64,000 nucleotides of DNA. It comes from the human T2T-CHM13v2.0 reference genome, Homo sapiens. The position numbers and the translations under genes are program-made. This document shows positions 12,447 to 24,906 of this stretch, in pieces (positions within the stretch are counted from its first letter, which is position 1; the number at the start of each line of letters is the position of its first letter). The stretch is taken from NCBI GenBank assembly GCA_009914755.4, contig CP086569.2, positions 27,680,001-27,744,000 of the forward strand, in the 5' to 3' direction. The notes beneath the pieces are model-generated. The model ran no database searches. It had not been told where the DNA came from and saw nothing but the letters and a program-made list of their open reading frames with translations.

Positions 12447-15400
12447 GTAATGGAGTGGAGTGGACTGGAGTGGAGTAGATTGCAGTGCATTGGACTGTAG
12501 GGGATAGAAGTGGCTTGGAGCCCATAGGAGTGGAGTGGAAAGGAATGGAATGGAGTGGAATGGACTGGAACGGAATGGAATGGAATGGATTTAAATGGCA
12601 GGGAATCAAATCGAATTGAATCATATTGAATCAAGTCGAATCGAGTGGAGGAAAGAAATCGAATGAAATCGAATGGAATGAATTGAATGGAGTCGAATGT
12701 CAACCATGGAATCGAAAGTAATGTGGTAAAGTGGAGTGGAGTGTTATGGAGTGGAATGGAATGGGGTGACATGGGATTGAATACAGTGGAGAGGAGTGGA
12801 GTGGATTGCGCTAGAGTGGAACGGAAAGGGAAGGAATGGAACTGAATGGAGTGGAGTGGAATGGAGTGGAATGGAATGGAATGGAATGGAATGGAATGGA
12901 ATGGAATGGAACGGAATGGAGTGGAATGGAATCGAATGACATGGAACTGAATGAAACCGAATTGAATGAAATTGAATGGAGAAAATGGAATCAAATGGAA
13001 TCAAATCGAACGGATTCGAATGTCATTGAATGGAATCGAAAGAAATGCAGTGAGGTGGGGTTGAGTGGAATGGGATGAATGGAATTGAATGGAGGGGAGT
13101 GGAATGGAATGGAATGGAAAGGAATGGAATTGAACAAAATGGAGTGTATTAGAATGGAGTGGATTGGAGTGGAGTGCAGGGGAGTGCAGTGGAATGAAGA
13201 GGAGTGTAGTTGAATGGAATGGAATGTATGGAATGTACTGGAATAGAATGGATAAGAATGGAATGGAATGGAATCGCACGGAATTGAATAGAATCAAATC
13301 AATTGAATAGAATCAAATGGAAAAAATGGAGTCAAATGGAATCGAATGGCATAGAATCGAACGGTTTTGAATGTCAGTGAATGGAAACGAATGGAATGCG
13401 GTGAAGTGGAGCAGAGTGGAGTGGAAAGGAGTGCAATGGAATAGGGTGGAACTGAATTTAATGGAACAGAGTGGATTGGAGTGGACTGGAGTGGAATGGA
13501 ATGGGAAGGAATGGGATTGAAATTAGTGGCGTGCAGTGGAGTGGAGTGGCATGGAGTGGAGTGGAGTGGAATGGAGCGGAATGGAATGGAGTGGAATGGA
13601 GTGGATTGGAATGGAATGGAGTGCAGAGGAATGGAATGGAATGGTATAGAGTGGACAGGAATGGAGTCGAGCGGATTGGAATGGAATGGAATGGAATGGA
13701 ATGGAATGGAACTGAATGGACTGGAATGGAATGGAATAGAATGGAATCACAGGGAATCAAATTGGATTGAATCGAATCGAATGGAAAAAATGAAATCAAA
13801 TGAAATTGAATGGAATCGAAAGGAATGTAAACAATGGAATCCAATGGAATCCAATGGAATCGAATCAAATGGTTTTGAATGGCGTAAAATGAAATCGCAA
13901 GGAAGGCAGTGAATTGGAGTGTAGTGGAATAGAGAGGAATGAATTGGAATGGAGTGGAGTGGAATGGAGTGGATTCCAGTGGAGAGGAGTAGATTGGATT
14001 GGAATGGAATGGAATAGACTGGATTGGAGTGGTGTAGAGTGCAGTGGATTGGAGTGGAGAGGAATGGAGTGGAGTGAAGTCGAGTTGAGTGGAATGGAAT
14101 GGAGTTGAGCAGAGTGGAATGCAAAAGAATGAAGTGGATAGGTGTGGAATGGAATGGCGTGGAATGGAGTGGAATAGAATGGAATGGAATCGCATGGAAG
14201 GATATCAAATCCAATGGAATCGAAGGAAAATTATGAATCCAATGGAATCGAAAGGATTCCAAAGGAACGGATTCGAAAGGCATTTAATGGAATGGAAAGG
14301 TATGCAGTGAAGTGGAGTGGAGTGGAGTGGATTGTTTTAGAGTGAAATGGGGTGGATTGGAACACTATGTGGTGGAGTGGAGTTTAGTGGATCGGAGTGG
14401 AGTGCCGTGGAGTGGACTAGAGTGGGGTGGAGTGGAGTGCATTGGAGTGGAATGGAGTGGAGAGGGGTGGAATGGAATGGAATGGCATCAAATCGCATGG
14501 TAATGAATCAAATGGAATCAAATGGAATGAAATAATGGAATCGAAGGCAAACGAATGGAATCGAATTGCACTGATTCTACTGACTTCGAAGAAAATGAAA
14601 TGAAATGCGGTGAAGTGGAGTGGAGTGGAATGTATTAGGGTGGAATGGAATTGAATGGTGTGGAGTGGAGTGGAGTGCCCAGGAGTGGAATGGGAAGAAA
14701 TGGAATTGAACGGAGTGGAGTGGAGTGGAATGGAGGGTAATGGAGTGGAATGGAGTGGAGTGGAGTAGAGTGGAATTGGTTGGAGTGGAATGCAGAGGAC
14801 AGGAGTGGAGTGTGGTGGACTGGAGTGGAGTGGAGTTGAGTGGAATGGATTGGATTGAAATAGAGCGGAGCAGAGTGGAATGGAATTGAATCACATGGTA
14901 CTGAATCAAATCGAATGGAATTAAATCGAATGAAAAAACGGAATCAAAAGCAAACGAATGGAGTCAAACCACATTGGTTAGACTGACATCGAATAATATC
15001 AAAAGAAATGTGGTGAAGGTGAGTGGAGTGTAATGAAATGGGGTGGAATGAAATAGAATGGAGTGGAGTGGAGTGGAGTGGAGTCTACTGGAGTGGAATG
15101 GAATGGAATGGAAAGGAATGGAATAGAATGGAGTGAAGTGCAGTGCAGTGAAATGGAGTGGAAAGGAATGGAATGGAAAGAATTCAATCAAATGGAATCG
15201 AAGTGAATCGAATGTAATGAAATTAAACGCAAAAAATGGAATGAGTAGAATCGAAAAAGATGGTTTCAAATGGCAACAAATAAAATTGAATGGAATGCGG
15301 TGAGGTGGAGGGGATTGGAATGGAGTTGAATGGAATGGGGTGTAATTGAATTGAATGGAGTGTAGTGGAGTGAACTGGAGTTCAATGGAATGGAATGGGC

Positions 15401-15566
15401 AGGCATGGAATTGAAAGGCTTGGAGAGGAGTGGAATTGAGAGGAGTGGAATGGAGTAGGGTGGATTGTGGTGGAGAATATTGGAAAAGAGTGGAGTGGAA
15501 TGGAATGGAATGGAGTGGAGTGGAATGGAATGGAATTGAGTGAAGTGGAGTGTAGTGGAATGGAGA
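12447..15566 (+). repeat. HOR copy 5
   Basis: Landmark at 12447; unit 3120 bp. Near-identical to copy 4: the translated tracks 9036-9884 and 12146-12994 differ at 1 of 282 residues. Confidence 0.8.
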
Positions 15567-18500
15567 GTAATGGAGTGGAGTGGACTGGAGTGGAGTAGAT
15601 TGCAGTGCATTGGACTGTAGGGGATAGAAGTGGCTTGGAGCCCATAGGAGTGGAGTGGAAAGGAATGGAATGGAGTGGAATGGACTGGAACGGAATGGAA
15701 TGGAATGGATTTAAATGGCAGGGAATCAAATCGAATTGAATCATATTGAATCAAGTCGAATCGAGTGGAGGAAAGAAATCGAATGAAATCGAATGGAATG
15801 AATTGAATGGAGTCGAATGTCAACCATGGAATCGAAAGTAATGTGGTAAAGTGGAGTGGAGTGTTATGGAGTGGAATGGAATGGGGTGACATGGGATTGA
15901 ATACAGTGGAGAGGAGTGGAGTGGATTGGGATAGAGTGGAACGGAAAGGGAAGGAATGGAACTGAATGGAGTGGAGTGGAGTGGAGTGGAATGGAATGGA
16001 ATGGAATGGAATGGAATGGAACGGAATGGAGTGGAATGGAATCGAATCACATGGAACTGAATGAAACCGAATTGAATGAAATTGAATGGAGAAAATGGAA
16101 TCAAATGGAATCAAATCGAACGGATTCGAATGTCATTGAATGGAATCGAAAGGAATGCAGTGAGGTGGGGTTGAGTGGAATGGAGTGGAATGGAATGGGA
16201 TGAATGGAATTGAATGGAGGGGAGTGGAATGGAATGGAATGGAAAGGAATGGAATTGAACAAAATGGAGTGTAGTAGAATGGAGTGGATTGGAGTGGAGT
16301 GCAGGGGAGTGCAGTGGAATGAAGAGGAGTGTAGTTGAATGGAATGGAATGTATGGAATGTACTGGAATAGAATGGATAAGAATGGAATGGAATGGAATC
16401 GCATGGAATTGAATAGAATCAAATCGAATTGAATGGAATCAAATGGAAAAAATGGTGTCAAATGGAATCAAATGGCATAGAATCGAACGGTTTTGAATGT
16501 CAGTGAATGGAAACGAATGGAATGCGATGAAGTGGAGCAGAGTGGAGTGGAAAGGAGTGCAATGGAATAGGGTGGAACTGAATTTAATGGAACAGAGTGG
16601 ATTGGAGTGGACTGGAGTGGAATGGAATGGGAAGGAATGGGATCGAAATTAGTGCCGTGCAGTGGAGTGGAGTGGCATGGAGTGGAGTGGAGTGGAATGG
16701 AGTGGAATGGCATGGAGTGGAATGGAGTGGATTGGAATGGAATGGAGTGTAGAGGAATGGAATGGAATGGTATAGAGTGGACAGGAATGGAGTGGAGCGG
16801 ATTGTAATGGAATGGAATGGAATGGAATGGAATGGAACTGAATGGACTGGAATGGAATGGAATAGAATGGAATCACAGTGAATCAAATTGGATTGAATCG
16901 AATCGAATGGAAAAAATGAAATCAAATGAAATTGAATGGAATCGAAATGAATGTAAACAATGAAATCCAATGGAATCCAATGGAATCGAATCAAATGGTT
17001 TTGAATGGCATAAAATGAAATCGCAAGGAAGGCAGTGAATTGGAGTGGAGTGGAATAGAGAGGAATGAATTGGAATGGAGTGGAGCGGAATGGAGTGGAT
17101 TCCAGTGGAGTGGAGTGGATTGGATTGGAATGGAATGGAATAGACTGGATTGGAGTGGTGTAGAGTGCATTGGATTGGAGTGGAGAGGAATGGAGTGGAG
17201 TGAAGTCGAGTTGAGTGGAATGGAATGGAGTTGAGCAGAGTGGAATGCAAAAGAATGAAGTGGATTGGTGTGGAATGGAATGGCGTGGAATGGAGTGGAA
17301 TAGAATGGAATGGAATCGCATGGAAGGATATCAAATCCAATGGAATCGAATGAAAATTATGAATCCAATGGAATCGAAAGGATTCCAAAGGAATGGATTC
17401 GAAAGGCATTTAATGGAATGGAAAGGTATGCAGTGAAGTGGAGTGGAGTGGAGTGGATTGTTTTAGAGTGAAATGGATTGGATTGGAACACTATGTGGTG
17501 GAGTGGAGTGTAGTGGATCGGAGTGGAGTGCCGTGGAGTGGACTAGAGTGGGGTGGAGTGGAGTGCATTGGAGTGGAATGGAGTGGAGTGGGGTGGAATG
17601 GAATGGAATGGCATCAAATGGCATGGTAATGAATCAAATGGAATCAAATGGAATGAAATAATGGAATCGAAGGCAAACGAATGGAATCGAATTGCACTGA
17701 TTCTACTGACTTCGAAGAAAATGAAATGAAATGCGGTGAAGTGGAGTGGAGTGGAATGTATTAGGGTGGAATCGAACTGAATGGTGTGGAGTGGATTGGA
17801 GTGCCCAGGAGTGGAATGGGAAGAAATGGAATTGAACGGAGTGGAGTGGAGTGGAATGGAGGGTAATGGAGTGGAATGGAGTGGAGTGGAGTAGAGTGGA
17901 ATGGGTTGGAGTGGAATGCAGAGGACAGGAGTGGAGTGTGGTGGACTGGAGTGGAGTGGAGTTGTGTGGAGTGGATTGGATTGAAATAGAGCGGAGCAGA
18001 GTGGAATGGAATTGAATCACATGGTACTGAATCAAATCGAATGGAATTAAATCGAATGAAAAAACGGAATCAAAAGCAAACGAATGGAGTCAAACCACAT
18101 TGGTTAGGCTGACATCGAATAATATCAAAAGAAATGTGGTGAACTGGAGTGGAGTGTAATGAAATGGGGTGGAATGAAATTGAATGGAGTGGAGTGGAGT
18201 GGAGTGGAGTCTACTGGAGTGGAATGGAATGGAATGGAAAGGAATGGAATAGAATGGAGTGAAGTGCAGTGCAGTGAAATGGAGTGGAAAGGAATGGAAT
18301 GGAAAGAATTGAATCAAATGGAATCGAAGTGAATCGAATCTAATGAAATTGAACGCAAAAAATGGAATGAGTAGAATCGAAAAAGATGGATTCAAATGGC
18401 AACAAATAAAATTGAATGGAATGCGGTGAGGTGGAGGGGATTGGAATGGAGTTGAATGGAATGGGGTGTAATTGAATTGAATGGAGTGTAGTGGAGTGAA

Positions 18501-18692
18501 CTGGAGTTCAATGGAATGGAATGGGCAGGCATGGAATTGAAAGGCTTGGAGTGGAGTGGAATTGAGAGGAGTGGAATGGAGTAGGGTGGATTGTGGTGGA
18601 GAATATTGGAAAAGAGTGGAGTGGAATGGAATGGAATGGAGTGGAGTGGAATGGAATGGAATTGAGTGAAGTGGAGTGTAGTGGAATGGAGA
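15567..18692 (+). repeat. HOR copy 6
   Basis: Landmark at 15567; unit 3126 bp. Confidence 0.8.
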
Positions 18693-21600
18693 GTAATGGA
18701 GTGGAGTGGACTGGAGTGGAGAAGATTGCAGTGCATTGGACTGTAGGGGATAGAAGTGGCTTGGAGTCCATAGGAGTAGAGTGGAAAGGAATGGAATGGA
18801 GTGGAATGGACTGGAACGGAATGGAATGGAATGGATTTAAATGGCAGGGAATCAAATCGAATTGAATCATATTGAATCAAATCGAATAGAGTGGAGGAAA
18901 GAAATCGAATGAAATCGAATGGAATGAATTGAATGGAGTCGAATGTCAACCATGGAATCGAAAGTAATGTGGTAAAGTGGAGTGCAGTGTTATGGAGTGG
19001 AATGGAATGGGGTGACATGGGATTGAATACAGTGGAGAGGAGTGGAGTGGATTGGGCTAGAGTGGAACGGAAAGGGAAGGAATGGAACTGAATGGAGTGG
19101 AGTGGAATGGAGTGGAATGGAATGGAATGGAATGGAATGGAATGGAACGGAATGGAGTGGAATCGAATCGAATCACATGGAACTGAATGAAACCGAATTG
19201 AATGAAATTGAATGGAGAAAATGGAATCAAATGGAATCAAATCGAACGGATTCGAATGTCATTGAATGGAATCGAAAGAAATGCAGTGAGGTGGGGTTGA
19301 GTGGAATGGAGTGGAATGGAATGGGATGAATGGAATTGAATGGAGGGGAGTGGAATGGAATGGAATGGAAAGGAATGGAATTGAACAAAATGGAGTGTAG
19401 TAGAATGGAGTGGATTGGAGTGGAGTGCTGGGGAGTGCAGTGGAATGAAGAGGAGTGTAGTTGAATGGAATGGAATGTATGGAATGTACTGGAATAGAAT
19501 GGATAAGAATGGAATGGAATGGAATCGCACGGAATTGAATAGAATCAAATCAATTGAATAGAATCAAATGTAAAAAATGGAGTCAAATGGAATCGAATGG
19601 CATAGAATCGAACGGTTTTGAATGTCAGTGAATGGAAACGAATGGAACTCGGTGAAGTGGAGCAGAGTGGAGTGGAAAGGAGTGCAATGGAATAGGGTGG
19701 AACTGAATTTAATGGAACAGAGTGGATTGGAGTGGACTGGAGTGGAATGGAATGGGAAGGAATGGGATTGAAATTAGTGGCGTGCAGTGGAGTGGAGTGG
19801 CATGGAGTGGAGTGGAGTGGAATGGAGTGGAATGGAATGGAGTGGAATGGAGTGGATTGGAATGGAATGGAGTGCAGAGGAATGGAATGGAATGGTATAG
19901 AGTGGACAGGAATGGAGTGGAGCGGATTGGAATGGAATGGAATGGAATGGAACTGAATGGACTGGAATGGAATGGAATAGAATGGAATCACAAGGAATCA
20001 AATTGGATTGAATCGAATCGAATGGAAAAATGAAATCAAATGAAATTGAATGGAATCGAAATGAATGTAAACAATGGAATCCAAAGGTATCAAATGGAAT
20101 GGAATCAAATGGTTTTGAATGGCGTAAAATGAAATCGCAAGGAAGGCAGTGAATTGGAGTGGAGTGGAATAGAGAGGAATGAATTGGAATGGAGTGGGGT
20201 GGAATGGAGTGGATTCCAGTGGACTGGAGTGGATTTGATTTTAATGGAATGGAATAGACTGGATTGGAGTGGTGTAGAGTGCAGTGGATTGGAGTGGAGA
20301 GGAATGGAGTGGAGTGAAGTCGAGTTGAGTGGAATGGAATGGAGTGGAGCAGAGTGGAATACAAAAGAATGAAGTGGATTGGTGTTGAATGGAATGGCGT
20401 GGAATGGAGTGGAATAGAATGGAGTGGAATTGCATGGAAGGATATCAAATCCAATGGAATCGAACGAAAATTATGAATCCAATGGAATCGAAAGGATTCC
20501 AAAGGAACGGATTCGAAAGGCATTTAATGGAATGGAAAGGTATGCAGTGAAGTGGAGTGGAGTGGAGTGGATTGTTTTAGAGTGAAATGGGGTGGATTGG
20601 AACACTATGTGGTGGAGTGGAGTGTAGTGGATCGGAGTGGAGTGCCGTGGAGTGGACTAGAGTGGGGTGGAGTGGAGTGCATTGGAGTGGAATGGAGTGG
20701 AGTGGGGTGGAATGGAATGGAATGGCATCAAATGGCATGGTAATGAATCAAATTGAATCAAATGGAATGAAATAATGGAATCGAAGGCAAACGAATGGAA
20801 TCGAATTGCACTGATTCTACTGACTTCGAAGAAAATGAAATGAAATGTGGTGAAGTGGAGTGGAGTGGAATGTATTAGGGTGGAATGGAATTGAATGGTG
20901 TGGAGTGGAGTGGAGTGCCCAGGAGTGGAATGGGAAGAAATGGAATTGAACGGAGTGGAGTGGAGTGGAATGGAGGGTAATGGAGTGGAATGGAGTGGAG
21001 TGGAGTAGAGTGGAATGGGTTGGAGTGTAATGCAGAGGACAGGAGTGGAGTGTGGTGGACTGGAGTGGAGTGGAGTTGAGTGGAGTGGATTGGATTGAAA
21101 TAGAGCGGAGCAGAGTGGAATGGAATTGAATCACATGGTACTGAATCAAATCGAATGGAATTAAATCGAATGAGAAAACGGAATCAAAAGCAAACGAATG
21201 GAGTCAAACCACATTGGTTAGACTGACATCGAATAATATCAAAAGAAATGTGGTGAAGGTGAGTGGAGTGTAATGAAATGGGGTGGAATGAAATAGAATG
21301 GAGTGGAGTGGAGTGGAGTGGAGTCTACTGGAGTGGAATGGAATGGAATGGAAAGGAATGGAATAGAATGGAGTGAAGTGCAGTGCAGTGAAATGGAGTG
21401 GAAAGGAATGGAATGGAAAGAATTGAATCAAATGGAATCGAAGTGAATCGAATGTAATGAAATTGAACGCAAAAAATGGAATGAGTAGAATCGAAAAAGA
21501 TGGTTTCAAATGGCAACAAATAAAATTGAATGGAATGCGGTGAGGTGGAGGGGATTGGAATGGAGTTGAATGGAATGGGGTGTAATTGAATTGAATGGAG

Positions 21601-21806
21601 TGTAGTGGAGTGAACTGGAGTTCAATGGAATGGAATGGGCAGGCATGGAATTGAAAGGCTTGGAGTGGAGTGGAATTGAGAGGAGTGGAATGGAGTAGGG
21701 TGGATTGTGGTGGAGAATATTGGAAAAGAGTGGAGTGGAATGGAATGGAATGGAGTGGAGTGGAATGGAATGGAATTGAGTGAAGTGGAGTGTAGTGGAA
21801 TGGAGA
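18693..21806 (+). repeat. HOR copy 7
   Basis: Landmark at 18693 (variant 'gagaagattgcag', as in copy 3); unit 3114 bp. Confidence 0.8.
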
Positions 21807-24800
21807 GTAATGGAGTGGAGTGGACTGGATTGGAGTAGATTGCAGTGCATTGGACTGTAGGGGATAGAAGTGGCTTGGAGCCCATAGGAGTGGAGTGGAA
21901 AGGAATGGAATGGAGTGGAATGGACTGGAACGGAATGGAATGGAATGGATTTAAATGGCAGGGAATCAAATCGAATTGAATCATATTGAATCAAGTCGAA
22001 TCGAGTGGAGGAAAGAAATCGAATGAAATCGAATGGAATGAATTGAATGGAGTCGAATGTCAACCATGGAATCGAAAGTAATGTGGTAAAGTGGAGTGGA
22101 GTGTTATGGAGTGGAATGGAATGGGGTGACATGGGATTGAATACAGTGGAGAGGAGTGGAGTGGATTGGGCTAGAGTGGAACGGAAAGGGAAGGAATGGA
22201 ACTGAATGGAGTGGAGTGGAATGGAGTGGAATGGAATGGAATGGAATGGAATGGAATGGAATGGAACGGAATGGAGTGGAATGGAATCGAATGACATGGA
22301 ACTGAATGAAACCGAATTGAATGAAATTGAATGGAGAAAATGGAATCAAATGGAATCAAATCGAACGGATTCGAATGTCATTGAATGGAATCGAAAGAAA
22401 TGCAGTGAGGTGGGGTTGAGTGGAATGGGATGAATGGAATTGAATGGAGGGGAGTGCAATGGAATGGAATGGAAAGGAATGGAATTGAACAAAATGGAGT
22501 GTAGTAGAATGGAGTGGATTGGAGTGGAGTGCAGGGGAGTGCAGTGGAATGAAGAGGAGTGTAGTTGAATGGAATGGAATGTATGGAATGTACTGGAATA
22601 GAATGGATAAGAATGGAATGGAATGGAATCGCACGGAATTGAATAGAATCAAATCAATTGAATAGAATCAAATGGAAAAAATGGAGTCAAATGGAATCGA
22701 ATGGCATAGAATCGAACGGTTTTGAATGTCAGTGAATGGAAACGAATGGAATGCGTTGAAATGGAGCAGAGTGGAGTGGAAAGGAGTGCAATGGAATAGG
22801 GTGGAACTGAATTTAATGGAACAGAGTGGATTGGAGTGGACTGGAGTGGAATGGAATGGGAAGGAATGGGATTGAAATTAGTGGCGTTCAGTGGAGTGGA
22901 GTGGCATGGAGTGGAGTGGAGTGGAATGGAGTGGAATGGAATGGAGTGGAATGGAGTGGATTGGAATGGAATGGAGTGCAGAGGAATGGAATGGAATGGT
23001 ATAGAGTGGACAGGAATGGAGTGGAGCGGATTGGAATGGAATGGAATGGAATGGAACTGAATGGACTGGAATGGAATGGAATAGAACGGAATCACAGGGA
23101 ATCAAATTGGATTGAATCGAATCGAATGGAAAAAATGAAATCAAATGAAATTGAATGGAATCGAAATGAATGTAAACAATGGAATCCAAAGGTATCAAAT
23201 GGAATGGAATCAAATGGTTTTGAATGGCGTAAAATGAAATCGCAAGGAAGGCAGTGAATTGGAGTGGAGTGGAATAGAGAGGAATGAATTGGAATGGAGT
23301 GGAGTGGAATGGAGTGGATTCCAGTGGACTGGAGTGGATTTGATTTTAATGGAATGGAATAGACTGGATTGGAGTGGTGTAGAGTGCAGTGGATTGGAGT
23401 GGAGAGGAATGGAGTGGAGTGAAGTCGAGTTGAGTGGAATGGAATGGAGTGGAGCAGAGTGGAATACAAAAGAATGAAGTGGATTGGTGTGGAATGGAAT
23501 GGCGTGGAATGGAGTGGAATAGAATGGAATGGAATTGCATGGAAGGATATCAAATCCAATGGAATCGAACGAAAATTATGAATCCAATGGAATCGAAAGG
23601 ATTCCAAAGGAACGGATTCGAAAGGCATTTAATGGAATGGAAAGGTATGCAGTGAAGTGGAGTGGAGTGGAGTGGATTGTTTTAGAGTGAAATGGGGTGG
23701 ATTGGAACACTATGTGGTGGAGTGGAGTGTAGTGGATCGGAGTGGAGTGCCGTGGAGTGGACTAGAGTGGGGTGGAGTGGAGTGCATTGGAGTGGAATGG
23801 AGTGGAGTGGGGTGGAATGGAATGGAATGGCATCAAATCGCATGGTAATGAATCAAATGGAATCAAATGGAATGAAATAATGGAATTGAAGGCAAACGAA
23901 TGGAATCGAATTGCACTGATTCTACTGACTTCGAAGAAAATGAAATGAAATGCGGTGAAGTGGAGTGGAGTGGAATGTATTAGGGTGGAATGGAATTGAA
24001 TGGTGTGGAGTGTAGTGGAGTGCCCAGGAGTGGAATGGGAAGAAATGGAATTGAACGGAGTGGAGTGGAGTGGAATGGAGGGTAATGGAGTGGAATGGAG
24101 TGGAGTGGAGTAGAGTGGAATGGGTTGGAGTGGAATGCAGAGGACAGGAGTGGAGTGTGGTGGACTGGAGTGGAGTGGAGTTGAGTGGAGTGGATTGGAT
24201 TGAAATAGAGCGGAGCAGAGTGGAATGGAATTGAATCACATGGTACTGAATCAAATCGAATGGAATTAAATCGAATGAAAAAACGGAATCAAAAGCAAAC
24301 GAATGGAGTCAAACCACATTGGTTAGACTGACATCGAATAATATCAAAAGAAATGTGGTGAAGTGGAGTGGAGTGTAATGAAATGGGGTGGAATGAAATT
24401 GAATGGAGTGGAGTGGAGTGGAGTCTACTGGAGTGGAATGGAAGGGAATGGAAAGGAATGGAATAGAATGCAGTGAAGTGCAGTGCAGTGAAATGGAGTG
24501 GAAAGGAATGGAATGGAAAGAATTGAATCAAATGGAATCGAAGTGAATCGAATCTAATGAAATTCAACGCAAAAAATGGAATGAGTAGAATCGAAAAAGA
24601 TGGTTTCATATGGCAACAAATAAAATTGAATTGAATGCGGTGAGGTGGAGGGGATTGGAATGGAGTTGAATGGAATGGGGTGTAATTGAATTGAATGGAG
24701 TGGAGTGGAGTGAACTGGAGTGCAATGGAATGGAATGGCCAGGCATGGAATTGAAAGGCGTGGAGTGGAGTGGAATTGAGAGGAGTGGAATGGAGTAGGG

Positions 24801-24906
24801 TGGATTGTGGTGGAGAATATTGGAAAAGAGTGGAGTGGAATGGAATGGAATGGAGTGGAGTGGAATGGAATGGAATTGAGTGAAGTGGAGTGTAGTGGAA
24901 TGGAGT
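21807..24906 (+). repeat. HOR copy 8
   Basis: Landmark at 21807 (variant 'ctggattggagtagattgcag'); unit 3100 bp. Confidence 0.8.
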
